Part shown: positions 1-9,169 of the stretch, piece after piece
Position numbering within the stretch: the first letter of the stretch is position 1
Layout: every line of letters begins with the position of its first letter
DNA from: Armatimonadota bacterium
Lineage (GTDB): Bacteria > Sysuimicrobiota > Sysuimicrobiia > Sysuimicrobiales > Kaftiobacteriaceae
Reading direction: 5' to 3'
Assembly: GCA_020028455.1 (NCBI GenBank)
Contig: JAHZOA010000004.1
Coordinates: forward strand, 1 to 52,700
Length of the DNA: 52,700 nucleotides
Made by a program: the position numbers and the translations under genes
Notes under the pieces: model-generated
Told to the model about the DNA's origin: nothing
Seen by the model: only the letters and a program-made list of their open reading frames with translations
The model's database searches: none

Positions 1-978
1 GAGTCTGTTCGATACATCAGCGACGTCGTGCCCTACGGGGGAATCATCCGCGGCGTTCACCGGTATGCGGCCGATGGATTCATCGTCGGGGTCCTGCTGC
101 ATTTGTTCAGGAACTGGTTCACCGACCGCTATTTGTTCTCACGTGACAATCCCTGGATTTCCGGGATGTTCCTCTTGCTGTTTGGCGGCTTCATTGGGTT
201 CACGGGTTATCAGCTCGTGTGGGACGAGCGCGCGCAGCTGCTCACCTCGATGTTCATCGCGATGCTGCGGAGTATTCCGGCCGTCGGTGAGCCTCTCGCC
301 AGGGTCTTTTTGGGAGGCGAGGGGATCGGCGAGGGGACACTCGTTCGGATCTTGTTCCTTCACATCGTTCCGGCGTCGACATTGTACGCGCTGCTGTGGT
401 GGCACTATCTCCGGTTACGCCATCCGAAGATCTGGCCGCCTGGAGTCTGGGTGCTGTTTGTGGTCGGCATTGTCTTCCTTCTTGCCGGGGTCATCCCCGC
501 AATCAGCGGGCAGCCGGCGGCGCCGGCGTCGCGGCCCACGTCCTTCCCGCTGGATGTGTTTTTCATGCTGCCGTTCTGGCTGCTGAACTGGTTGAGCCCG
601 GGCGTCGTCGTCTTCCTCAGTGTGGTGCTGTTCGCCGCGGTGCTGGCAGTGCCGTATTTCAGTAGGCGCGAGACACCGGCGCACATGGGGGTGCGTCACG
701 CGGGCGTGGCGCAGGTGATCGACGGCAACTGCACAGGCTGCGAGCTGTGCTACTTCGATTGCCCGTACAACGCGATCATCATGGTGCCATCACCGGGTCC
801 AGGGCTGAGCAAGGCGGCAGCAAACCGAACGCTGCTGGCGGTGGTGCTGGAGTCTCGCTGCGTCGAATGCGGGATCTGCATCGGGGCGTGTCCATTTGAA
901 GCGCTCGAATTGCCGAAGCTCATGGAACGAGACGTGCTCTCACACATCGCGAACGCCGTGCAACCGGCTCAGATATGA
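1..978 (+). CDS. Di-haem cytochrome b domain fused to a C-terminal 2x[4Fe-4S] ferredoxin domain; 5' end cut by window edge
   Basis: Frame 1 is open from base 1 (ESVRYISDVVPYGG...), so the listed start at 28 is internal. Two His pairs 14 residues apart lie in hydrophobic helices (VHRY..LLHLF and FLHIV..WWHYL), as in cytochrome b. CTGCELCYFDCP and CVECGICIGACP cluster motifs at the C-terminus. Confidence 0.75.
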   Translation, partial: ESVRYISDVVPYGGIIRGVHRYAADGFIVGVLLHLFRNWFTDRYLFSRDNPWISGMFLLLFGGFIGFTGYQLVWDERAQLLTSMFIAMLRSIPAVGEPLARVFLGGEGIGEGTLVRILFLHIVPASTLYALLWWHYLRLRHPKIWPPGVWVLFVVGIVFLLAGVIPAISGQPAAPASRPTSFPLDVFFMLPFWLLNWLSPGVVVFLSVVLFAAVLAVPYFSRRETPAHMGVRHAGVAQVIDGNCTGCELCYFDCPYNAIIMVPSPGPGLSKAAANRTLLAVVLESRCVECGICIGACPFEALELPKLMERDVLSHIANAVQPAQI

Positions 979-1418
979 CCTCCCCTAAGATCGTGGGATT
1001 TATCTGCGACTGGAGCATCGACATCGCGCCGTTGCTCTCGGGGAACCGCCTGAGCGATTTGCCGAACGTGTATATCATCCGCGTGCCGTGCTCGGGATTC
1101 GTCCGGCCTAGCTGGCTGGAAGACGCACTGAATCAGGGGGCGGACGGAGTATTTGTGACCGGCTGTCCGTACGGTGATTGTCTGAACCGTGAGGGCAACT
1201 TCCTGATTCGGGATCGTGTCGATCAGTTGCAACGCCGCCTCCAGCGGCGCCGGATCGATCCGGCGCGGATGGCCATGCTCGCGCATGGGTTGCACGATCG
1301 AACGGAATTCCTCTCCGATGTGCAGGCGTTCTCAGATCGACTCTCGGAGATCGCTACTGCCAAAGCGAAACCTGTCCCCTCGGCAGAGCCTGCGCCCGCT
1401 CCGGGAGGGTCTCCATGA
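975..1418 (+). CDS. MvhD/FlpD-like (methyl-viologen-reducing hydrogenase delta subunit family) iron-sulfur protein
   Basis: IVGFICDWS...IIRVPCSGFV...GADGVFVTGCPYGDC pattern typical of the MvhD family. Start overlaps the upstream stop (ATGA). Confidence 0.65.
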   Translation: MTSPKIVGFICDWSIDIAPLLSGNRLSDLPNVYIIRVPCSGFVRPSWLEDALNQGADGVFVTGCPYGDCLNREGNFLIRDRVDQLQRRLQRRRIDPARMAMLAHGLHDRTEFLSDVQAFSDRLSEIATAKAKPVPSAEPAPAPGGSP

Positions 1419-1522
1419 AGAGACGGCCCCTGCGGGTACATATCGCGTATCTGATCTTCTACCTCCTCTGGTTCATCTTGCTGACATTCATCGCAGCGTT
1501 CGGATTGGTTGCTGAAGCGTAA
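1415..1522 (+). CDS. 35-aa single-pass membrane micro-protein (below ORF-track cutoff)
   Basis: ATG 1415 overlaps the TGA of the MvhD-like gene (ATGA). Translation is MKRRPLRVHIAYLIFYLLWFILLTFIAAFGLVAEA: basic N-terminus plus one hydrophobic helix. Stop TAA at 1520-1522. Confidence 0.3.
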   Translation: MKRRPLRVHIAYLIFYLLWFILLTFIAAFGLVAEA

Positions 1523-1555
1523 ATCGTGAATGGTGAATGGTATGGGAGGGATGTT

Positions 1556-1942
1556 GTGAAGGGACGTTTGTGGTTTGTCTCGATCACGATTCTCGTTGGT
1601 GTGACGAGTGCCGCGTGCGGACCGGGTGGCCCTCCGGGCGGAGGGCCACAGGCCGGGCCGCCGGGCCCTCCCGGCTTAGTTCCGGTGTCAGAAAAGGAAT
1701 GGACGATCACCTTCCCCAGCAGCCCGATCAAAGCGGGCAGAATCACGTTTCGGGTGAAAAACGATGGGGCGATCGAGCACAATTTCGTAATCGAAGCCGC
1801 GCGTCTACAGATCGACGCCATTCAGCCGGGACAGGCGAAGGAAGCCGCAGCCGACCTTAGGGCGGGAACGTATGACGTGTTGTGTAACATTCCCGGCCAC
1901 AAGGAAGCAGGGATGAAAACAACAATCACGGTCACACCGTAG
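1556..1942 (+). CDS. Cupredoxin (type-1 blue copper, plastocyanin/azurin-like) lipoprotein
   Basis: Copper ligand motif CNIPGHKEAGM. Signal helix ends in the lipobox-like VTSAAC, followed by a Gly/Pro linker. GGGAGGG SD lies 5 nt before GTG 1556 (the ORF opens at 1526). Confidence 0.75.
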   Translation: MKGRLWFVSITILVGVTSAACGPGGPPGGGPQAGPPGPPGLVPVSEKEWTITFPSSPIKAGRITFRVKNDGAIEHNFVIEAARLQIDAIQPGQAKEAAADLRAGTYDVLCNIPGHKEAGMKTTITVTP

Positions 1943-1960
1943 GGCTGGGCTTGAGCCAAG

Positions 1961-1993
1961 AAGACGGCGGCCGGGAGGCCGCCGTCTTTTCTT
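1961..1993 (+). terminator. Rho-independent terminator after the cupredoxin gene
   Basis: Perfect 12-bp stem AAGACGGCGGCC / GGCCGCCGTCTT with GGGA loop, followed by TTCTT. Confidence 0.7.
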
Positions 1994-2006
1994 ATCGAAG
2001 ACGAGC

Positions 2007-2978
2007 GTGATGGATCTCTCGCACCTGTATACACCCGTCCAGCACGATCTCGAGAGGCTTCAATCCCTCATGGAACAGGAGCTTGCTTCCGACGATCCTT
2101 TTATCGCTGAACTCGTTCGTCACGTGCTCCGGACGCGGGGGAAGTTGCTTCGACCGGCACTGGTGTGTCTGTCGGCCCAGGCCAGCGGCGGGGCCGGAGA
2201 TGCGCGGCTGTGGATCGCTGCCGCGGTGGAGCTGATTCACATTGCGTCGTTGATCCACGACGATATTATCGACGATGCCGATCTGCGCCGGGGCGAGCCG
2301 ACCGTGAATGTGCAGTGGGGCAACCAGATCGCGGTCCTCCTTGGGGATTACTTGTTTGCGAAGGCGTTTGATCTGCTGAGCCGCGTCCGCCATCCCGAGG
2401 TGGCGCCGACCATGGCCCTGGCGACCGTGAAGATGAGCCAGGCGGAGATCATGCAGATCAAGTACGGCCAGCAGCCACATGAGGACGAGGATGTCTACTT
2501 TCGCATCATTGCCGGAAAGACGGCGCACCTGTTCTCTGCCGCCTGCAAGGCCGGGGCGCTTGTCGCAGGAAACGCGGACGCGGCCCCGCTCTTGAGCACA
2601 TACGGGCTGGAGTGGGGCATGGCGTTTCAAATCACTGACGACGCACTGGACCTGACGAGTAGGGAAGAGTTCCTGGGCAAGCCCATCCATAGCGATATTG
2701 AGAGCGGCAAAGTCACGTTGCCGGTGATCCGGGCGCTTCGTGACGCAACTTCCGAAGACCGCGACCAGTTGGTTCGCCTGCTCAGCGGCCCTGCGCGAGA
2801 CGGACAGCGAGAGGAACTGTTCCAGTTGCTGCACCGGTATCGCGGCATTGACTACGCGCTCGACGTGGCGGCGCGATACTCGCGTCGGGCCGCAACAGCG
2901 CTGACGCCGCTTCCAGATGGAGCCGCCAAGGACAGCCTGATGCGTCTCGCCGAGTTTGTCGTCGTCAGGACCCGTTGA
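2007..2978 (+). CDS. Trans-polyprenyl diphosphate synthase (IspB/HepT type)
   Basis: Both aspartate-rich motifs present (LIHDDIIDD and FQITDDALD). Length and layout fit long-chain prenyl synthases. GTG 2007 or ATG 2010. Confidence 0.9.
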   Translation: MMDLSHLYTPVQHDLERLQSLMEQELASDDPFIAELVRHVLRTRGKLLRPALVCLSAQASGGAGDARLWIAAAVELIHIASLIHDDIIDDADLRRGEPTVNVQWGNQIAVLLGDYLFAKAFDLLSRVRHPEVAPTMALATVKMSQAEIMQIKYGQQPHEDEDVYFRIIAGKTAHLFSAACKAGALVAGNADAAPLLSTYGLEWGMAFQITDDALDLTSREEFLGKPIHSDIESGKVTLPVIRALRDATSEDRDQLVRLLSGPARDGQREELFQLLHRYRGIDYALDVAARYSRRAATALTPLPDGAAKDSLMRLAEFVVVRTR

Positions 2979-3971
2979 ATGCCGCAGGGGGTTGTGGCGG
3001 TGGTAGGCGCATCCGGATTTGTCGGATCGCTGCTCACGAGAGCGCTTGCCGGTGCCGGATGGACCGTCCGAGCCATCGTCCCGTCGGCGGTCGCGGTCGA
3101 CCGTCTGCGCGCCCTTGGGTATCAAGTGGCACTTGCGGATGTGCGGGATCGACGGTCACTCGACGCCGGGCTGGCCGGGTGCCGCGCAGCCGTGCACCTC
3201 GTGGCCATCCTTAGAGAGTCGGGCGATGAGACGTACGACAGCGTCAACCGGCAGGGCGCGGGCAACGTCGCGGAAGCGATCAAAATCGCCGGCCTCGATC
3301 GACTCATACACCTCAGCGCGCTTGGGGCTGGTCCGTCGTGCACGCGGTACTTGCGCTCGAAGTGGGCCGGTGAGGAAGAAGTCCGGCGCTCCGGCGCCAG
3401 GCATGTTATCTTCAGGCCTTCCTTTATTATGGGGCCGGGCGGAGGCTCGGCCGAGCAATTCGCCCAGGCCGTCACATACGGGCCCTGGTACCCGCTCCGG
3501 CTGCTACTGGGCGGGGACAGCGTGTTTGCTGCGTTCGCCAACCTCACGCCGGTCATCCCCATTCTTGGATCGGGGCAGGCGCGCTTCATGCCCGTCGATC
3601 ATCGCGACCTCTTCAGCGCCGTGCTCCAAGCGCTCGAGCGCGACGACGTTCTCGGAGAAACGTTCGAGTTAGGCGGTCCGGACGTGGTCACGTTTGATCA
3701 GATCATGGACACGGTCGCGGAGGTCCTCCGCCTGAGGCGATGGAAACTTCACATCCCAGGCGGTGTGGCATCTATGATCATCCGCATCTTCAGCGTGCTG
3801 CCGAATCCGCCTATCATGCCGGACGAGTACGAGACTCTGCAGGTCGACAATGTGTGCGATAATACGAACGCCGTCCAAACATTCCGGCTGTCGCTCCGCC
3901 CGTTCGCAATGTCACTTCGGGATGCGCTGCAAGGGAGCGTGAGCTCTGGAGGGCTCGTTGGTGGAGAATAG
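2979..3971 (+). CDS. NAD(P)-binding atypical SDR (NmrA/NDUFA9-like epimerase-dehydratase fold)
   Basis: N-terminal Rossmann motif VVGASGFVGSLL. ATG immediately follows the upstream stop. Confidence 0.7.
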   Translation: MPQGVVAVVGASGFVGSLLTRALAGAGWTVRAIVPSAVAVDRLRALGYQVALADVRDRRSLDAGLAGCRAAVHLVAILRESGDETYDSVNRQGAGNVAEAIKIAGLDRLIHLSALGAGPSCTRYLRSKWAGEEEVRRSGARHVIFRPSFIMGPGGGSAEQFAQAVTYGPWYPLRLLLGGDSVFAAFANLTPVIPILGSGQARFMPVDHRDLFSAVLQALERDDVLGETFELGGPDVVTFDQIMDTVAEVLRLRRWKLHIPGGVASMIIRIFSVLPNPPIMPDEYETLQVDNVCDNTNAVQTFRLSLRPFAMSLRDALQGSVSSGGLVGGE

Positions 3972-4353
3972 GGACTCGCCCGGGTCGAGAGAAACTCGGG
4001 TCAATCGGATCCTGAAGAACATCGTGGCGCTCGCTCGCGCTCGATGGGAGCAGGCGCAGCGGGAAGGGCGGGCGGTCGTCCGCGATCTCATTACCGGTGC
4101 CGTCCTGATCGTCGTTGCGATCGTCCTGCTGGCACTGTCTGTGCCGCTTGCCGTGGTGACCATCATCCTCTTGCTCGCAGAAGTCATGCCTGCCTGGGGT
4201 GCTACAGGAATCGTCTTTGCGGCGATGCTGGTGGTGGCGGGCCTGCTGGTGCTCGTCGCCCGGAGCAAATTCCGGCGGCGAGGCTTTCAGGTGGTGCGCG
4301 ATCTGGGGCAAGATTTCATCACCATGCGCGAGTCGCTGAGGCGGGAGGCGTAG
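3958..4353 (+). CDS. Small membrane protein (holin-X/DUF1469-like); function unknown
   Basis: Two long hydrophobic helices flanked by charged regions. Family assignment rests only on resemblance. Confidence 0.5.
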   Translation: MVENRDSPGSRETRVNRILKNIVALARARWEQAQREGRAVVRDLITGAVLIVVAIVLLALSVPLAVVTIILLLAEVMPAWGATGIVFAAMLVVAGLLVLVARSKFRRRGFQVVRDLGQDFITMRESLRREA

Positions 4354-4360
4354 ACAGCCG

Positions 4361-4645
4361 ATGTCCGAGGTCCGGGGTCCGAGAACCGATCCTAGGAAGC
4401 GCGCTGAACAGCTCCGAGCGGATATCAGTCGAGATCTTCACGCGCTGAGAGTAGTGGTGAGTAGGGGCAACCCGGCGGCCATCGCCCGAGAGGCCGCGCC
4501 GTCGGTCCCGGCATGGGTGGCCGGTGCCGTGGCGGGGATTGCAGCAGGTGTCTGGGCGGTATCCCGCCGCAGAGCCCAAACGGGGACGGCCCGTTACTCG
4601 TCCAAAGCTACAGAGCAAGTTATAATTGGACGTGGAGGTGGCTGA
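4361..4645 (+). CDS. Hypothetical protein with one C-terminal TM helix (DUF3618-like)
   Basis: Charged N-terminal helix followed by WVAGAVAGIAAGVWAV. Stop overlaps the tatA start (TGATG). Confidence 0.45.
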   Translation: MSEVRGPRTDPRKRAEQLRADISRDLHALRVVVSRGNPAAIAREAAPSVPAWVAGAVAGIAAGVWAVSRRRAQTGTARYSSKATEQVIIGRGGG

Positions 4646-4827
4646 TGCCCAATATCGGCTGGCCCGAATTGATCGTCATCCTTGTCATTGCTCTACTGAT
4701 CTTTGGACCGCAGCGGCTTGCGGGTATCGGCTCCGCCATGGGAAAGGCCATCAGGGAGTTCCGGGGAGCCGTACGCGACGCCGAGAACGAGATCGACAAG
4801 TCTACAACCCCGGACAAAAGACCTTAA
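4645..4827 (+). CDS. tatA: Twin-arginine translocase subunit TatA/E
   Basis: MPNIGWPELIVILVIALLIFGPQRL... is the canonical TatA N-terminus. GGAGGTG SD lies upstream. This is an internal start within ORF 4513..4827. Confidence 0.9.
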   Translation: MPNIGWPELIVILVIALLIFGPQRLAGIGSAMGKAIREFRGAVRDAENEIDKSTTPDKRP

Positions 4828-4838
4828 CTGCAAAGGCT

Positions 4839-4921
4839 GTTGAAGGTTGAAGGTTGTAGGTTGAAGGTTACGGCGGGTGTGTCCCGTTTGAACCTTCAAC
4901 ATTCAACCTCCGACCTTCAAC
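4839..4921. repeat. Tandem-unit-arm hairpin repeat (unit GTTGAAG)
   Basis: Left arm 4839-4869 is GTTGAAG GTTGAAG GTTGTAG GTTGAAG GTT. Right arm 4891-4921 matches its reverse complement at 27/31 positions. Loop is 21 nt. Confidence 0.85.
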
Positions 4922-4935
4922 GTTTCTGGTGAGTT

Positions 4936-5670
4936 ATGGAAGACCGGCCGATGACGTTGATCGAGCATCTGGAGGAGCTGCGGAGGCGGCTGCTCATCTC
5001 AATTGCCGCTTTTCTTGTCGGGATGATCGTGGGTTGGTTATTTGTGGATCGCGTTCTGGGGGCGCTCATCCGTCCCATCGGGCACGTCGTCTTCCTCGCA
5101 CCAACCGAAGCGTTCTTTGTCCGCCTGAAGGTCGCAGCCCTCGCCGGAGTCTTCGTCAGTCTTCCTGTGGTGCTGGTCCAGATCTGGCTGTTTGTCTCAG
5201 TCGGCTTGACGCGGACGGAGCGCAGGTACACCCTTTCGCTGCTGCCCGTATCGCTGGTGCTCTTCGTCGCCGGCGCTCTGTTTGCGTTCTTTGCCATCCT
5301 TCCCGTCGGCGTGCGCTTCCTGCTCAGTTACCAGACGCCTGATCTGGTCCCGATGATCTCGGTCGCCGCGTACACGTCATTTGCCACCGCGTTTGTGCTG
5401 GCGTTTGGTTTGGTGTTCCAGCTGCCCATCGTGATCCTGTTCCTCGCCCGCCTGGGGATCGTGACCTCCCAGTCGCTTGCCGCCTGGAGGCGCTATGCGG
5501 TGCTGGGAATCGCCGTCGCCTCAGCCGTACTGACACCGGGCGGAGATCTCTTTTCCATGGTCCTGATGGCTGCGCCGACGTATCTCTTGTACGAAGCCAG
5601 TATCTGGATCGCGAGATTCGTGGCGCCGAAGTCCGTCGAGCGGCAGCAGTCCGCCCTGGGCAGCGAGTGA
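4936..5670 (+). CDS. tatC: Twin-arginine translocase subunit TatC
   Basis: LIEHLEELRRRL N-terminus and six hydrophobic segments typical of TatC. Confidence 0.92.
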   Translation: MEDRPMTLIEHLEELRRRLLISIAAFLVGMIVGWLFVDRVLGALIRPIGHVVFLAPTEAFFVRLKVAALAGVFVSLPVVLVQIWLFVSVGLTRTERRYTLSLLPVSLVLFVAGALFAFFAILPVGVRFLLSYQTPDLVPMISVAAYTSFATAFVLAFGLVFQLPIVILFLARLGIVTSQSLAAWRRYAVLGIAVASAVLTPGGDLFSMVLMAAPTYLLYEASIWIARFVAPKSVERQQSALGSE

Positions 5671-5725
5671 CCTCGTAGCACCCCCGAAACACCGCAGGTT
5701 CCCTTTTTCAACGCGGAGAAATCCT

Positions 5726-6004
5726 GTGGCTGCTATGCGCGTGGCCAGGCGGCCCAGAAGCCCGTGGTGGATCCTGGCGATTGTGATCTTCCTCGGCGCG
5801 TTGCTAGGGAGCGTGATCGCGGAGGCCCTCGTCGGCTATCCCGTGCTGTCATTCCTGTCGCGGGACCTCTTCTACGGGGTCGATCCTCCGTTCACGTTGA
5901 ATGCCCGCGTCTTCACATTTACAATCGGCGCCACCATCCGGCTGAACCTAGCGATCGTGCTCGGCATCGTTCTCGCGATATGGCTCTTTCGGCAACTGTC
6001 TTGA
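5726..6004 (+). CDS. DUF4321-like small membrane protein
   Basis: About 90 aa with two TM segments. It sits upstream of radC-mreB, as in Firmicutes-type clusters. Confidence 0.55.
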   Translation: MAAMRVARRPRSPWWILAIVIFLGALLGSVIAEALVGYPVLSFLSRDLFYGVDPPFTLNARVFTFTIGATIRLNLAIVLGIVLAIWLFRQLS

Positions 6005-6059
6005 TTGGCAGGTCGTTTGGCTCACATGGGTTATCCGTTTCGCTGCTATACTGCGCGTC

Positions 6060-6755
6060 ATGGGCCGGCGTCACCATCTCACCATCCAGGCCCTACCACC
6101 TGAGCTAAGACCCCGTGAGCGGCTCTGCATGCATGGTCCCAGGGCCCTCTCGACCGCTGAGTTGCTCGCGATTGTCATCGGTGCTGGAACACGCGATGCC
6201 ACAGCGGTTGACGTAGGGGTTGCACTCCTGGCCCGCCATGAAACGCTGGGCCGCTTGTCCCAGGCATCGGTGCGAGAGTTGGCCGCGCACCGTGGGATGG
6301 GGCAGGCGAAAGCCGCCAAAGTCGTGGCCGCCCTCGAGCTTGGCCGCAGGCTGCTGGAGCCTCGTCCGATGCGGCCAGTGGTGCGGAGCGCGGCCGATGC
6401 GGCGGCCGTCGTGAGGCCGTCGATGGTGGGCCTTGACCGGGAGCATTTCCGCGTCCTCATGCTCAACACCAGGCACGAGATACTTGATATCGTGGAGGTG
6501 TCGGTGGGCGGGTTGAGCTCGGCGCCTGTGCACCCGCGCGAGGTGTTCAAGGAAGCGATTCGGGCCAGTGCAGCCGCGGTGATCGTCGTCCACAACCATC
6601 CGTCCGGCAGCTCTGAACCGAGTCGCGACGATGTGCTCATTACCGAGCAGCTCCGGGCCGCAGGCCGCCTCGTGGGCATCGAACTCCTCGACCATCTCAT
6701 CATCGGCGAGCGGTCATACACCAGCCTGCGCGAGGCGGGGCAGGGGTTTCCGTAG
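6060..6755 (+). CDS. radC: RadC-like JAB-domain protein
   Basis: PRERL..ELLAIVIG N-terminus and the JAMM motif HNHPSGSSEPSRDD. Confidence 0.85.
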   Translation: MGRRHHLTIQALPPELRPRERLCMHGPRALSTAELLAIVIGAGTRDATAVDVGVALLARHETLGRLSQASVRELAAHRGMGQAKAAKVVAALELGRRLLEPRPMRPVVRSAADAAAVVRPSMVGLDREHFRVLMLNTRHEILDIVEVSVGGLSSAPVHPREVFKEAIRASAAAVIVVHNHPSGSSEPSRDDVLITEQLRAAGRLVGIELLDHLIIGERSYTSLREAGQGFP

Positions 6756-6794
6756 AAGCGTGTAAACAGTCGGCGCCTAGAGGAAGGCAAGTGA

Positions 6795-7874
<1,080 letters not shown>

Positions 7875-7878
7875 GGGA

Positions 7879-8772
7879 TTGGACGTGTTCGACGTCATCA
7901 TCGCTCGGCGACGGATCGCGGTTCTCGTTGGGCTGATCCTGTTCACGCTCGCGCTGCTTACGAGTCAGGTGCGCAGCGCCGACCGGCGGCAGGTCGGCCC
8001 CCTAGGGACTGCGGTGCTGACCGTGTTGCTGCCCATTCAGACTGGGATGGCGCATGTCGCCGACGCCGGAACGCGATGGTGGCGCCTCTACACGGAGATC
8101 GGGCGGCTTCGACAGGAGAATGCGCGGCTGCGCTCCGAGGTCGAACGCCTGTCGCAGGATCTCACCGTTGTCAGGGAACAGGCGATCTCCGCGCGCCGCA
8201 TGGAGCGCCTGCTTGAGTTCCGGCCTCAGCCTGGATACCGCACAGTCGCCGCGCGCGTCATTGCGCGGGATGCGGAGCGGTGGTTCTCGACGCTTCTCGT
8301 TGATCGTGGAAGCCGCGACGGTGTACGGCGCAACGCGGCTGTCGCAACCGCGGATGGCGTCATCGGCAGGGTGATCGAGGTGACGCCTACGGCCGCGCGG
8401 GTACTGCTCATCGGAGACTCGCGTAGCGCCCTCAGTGTCATCGTGCAACGGTCCCGCGAAGCCGGAATCGTCGAGGGCCGAGGCGGAGAGATGCTGCATT
8501 TGAAGTACCTGTCGCGGACGGGTGACGTAGCCGCGGGTGACCTCGTGGTCACCTCCGGGTTGGGCGGCGTCTTCCCCCGAGGGCTCGTGGTTGGGCGGAT
8601 CGTCACGATCAATCGCGAGCCCGGGGCGCTGCAGCTGGAAGCAGAAGTGAAATCGGCGGCATCGGTGGCGCGGCTTGAGGAAGTCGTGATCCTGCGGGAG
8701 CGTGCTGATCGTGGCGGCCCTGGTCCAAACCGCATGGCTGGCCAGGCTGCCGGGCGTCGGTGCGGTGATTGA
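7879..8772 (+). CDS. mreC: Rod shape-determining protein MreC
   Basis: N-terminal TM segment, coiled coil (ENARLRSEVERL), beta-rich C-terminal domain, position after mreB. Confidence 0.85.
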   Translation: MDVFDVIIARRRIAVLVGLILFTLALLTSQVRSADRRQVGPLGTAVLTVLLPIQTGMAHVADAGTRWWRLYTEIGRLRQENARLRSEVERLSQDLTVVREQAISARRMERLLEFRPQPGYRTVAARVIARDAERWFSTLLVDRGSRDGVRRNAAVATADGVIGRVIEVTPTAARVLLIGDSRSALSVIVQRSREAGIVEGRGGEMLHLKYLSRTGDVAAGDLVVTSGLGGVFPRGLVVGRIVTINREPGALQLEAEVKSAASVARLEEVVILRERADRGGPGPNRMAGQAAGRRCGD

Positions 8773-9169
8773 TCCCGTGTTGGTGCTGGCCGTGGCGACA
8801 GGCTTTCTGCGGGGAGCAGAATCCGGCGCCGTGATCGGGCTGGCAGGGGGGTTGTTGCAAGATTTACTGAGCGGTGGCCCGCTCGGGATGCATGGGTTGA
8901 GCAAGCTGGTCGCCGGATTTGGTTCCGGTCTTTTTGAGCGGAGTATCTATATCGAGAACCCCTTTCTGCCCGCCGTCGCTGCCTTCGCAGGGACCCTCCT
9001 CGGTGAGGCGCTGTTGAACGTTATCGGCGTGGTGACCGGACTGGGATCGGTCTCATGGACAGAGGCTGTCCCCCGGGTGGTCATCCAGGCGGGACTCAAC
9101 AGTGTCATCGCCCCGCCGCTGTTCCGCGGCGTCCGATCCCTCGATGAGAGGTTCGAGAGACAACATTGA
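8702..9169 (+). CDS. mreD: Rod shape-determining protein MreD
   Basis: Polytopic 155-aa membrane protein after mreC. Overlaps the mreC 3' end by 71 nt in another frame. Confidence 0.75.
   Translation: MLIVAALVQTAWLARLPGVGAVIDPVLVLAVATGFLRGAESGAVIGLAGGLLQDLLSGGPLGMHGLSKLVAGFGSGLFERSIYIENPFLPAVAAFAGTLLGEALLNVIGVVTGLGSVSWTEAVPRVVIQAGLNSVIAPPLFRGVRSLDERFERQH

Noticed and set aside
1617-1661. 45-nt GCGG...CCGC palindrome (perfect 10-bp core GTGGCCCTCC/GGAGGGCCAC) inside the cupredoxin Gly/Pro linker, a possible intragenic member of the hairpin class
   Set aside because: Gly (GGN) and Pro (CCN) codons are mutual reverse complements, so Gly/Pro-rich coding DNA is palindromic by construction. There are no tandem 7-9-nt units. 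I cannot distinguish this from a codon artefact.
1992-3125. 377-aa minus-strand ORF opposite the polyprenyl synthase and SDR genes
   Set aside because: It is antisense to two genes with clear family motifs. The Arg/Gly/Pro-rich low-complexity translation is typical of GC-rich shadow ORFs.
8002-8904. 300-aa minus-strand ORF opposite mreC/mreD
   Set aside because: Shadow ORF. The plus-strand genes fit the conserved mreBCD order.
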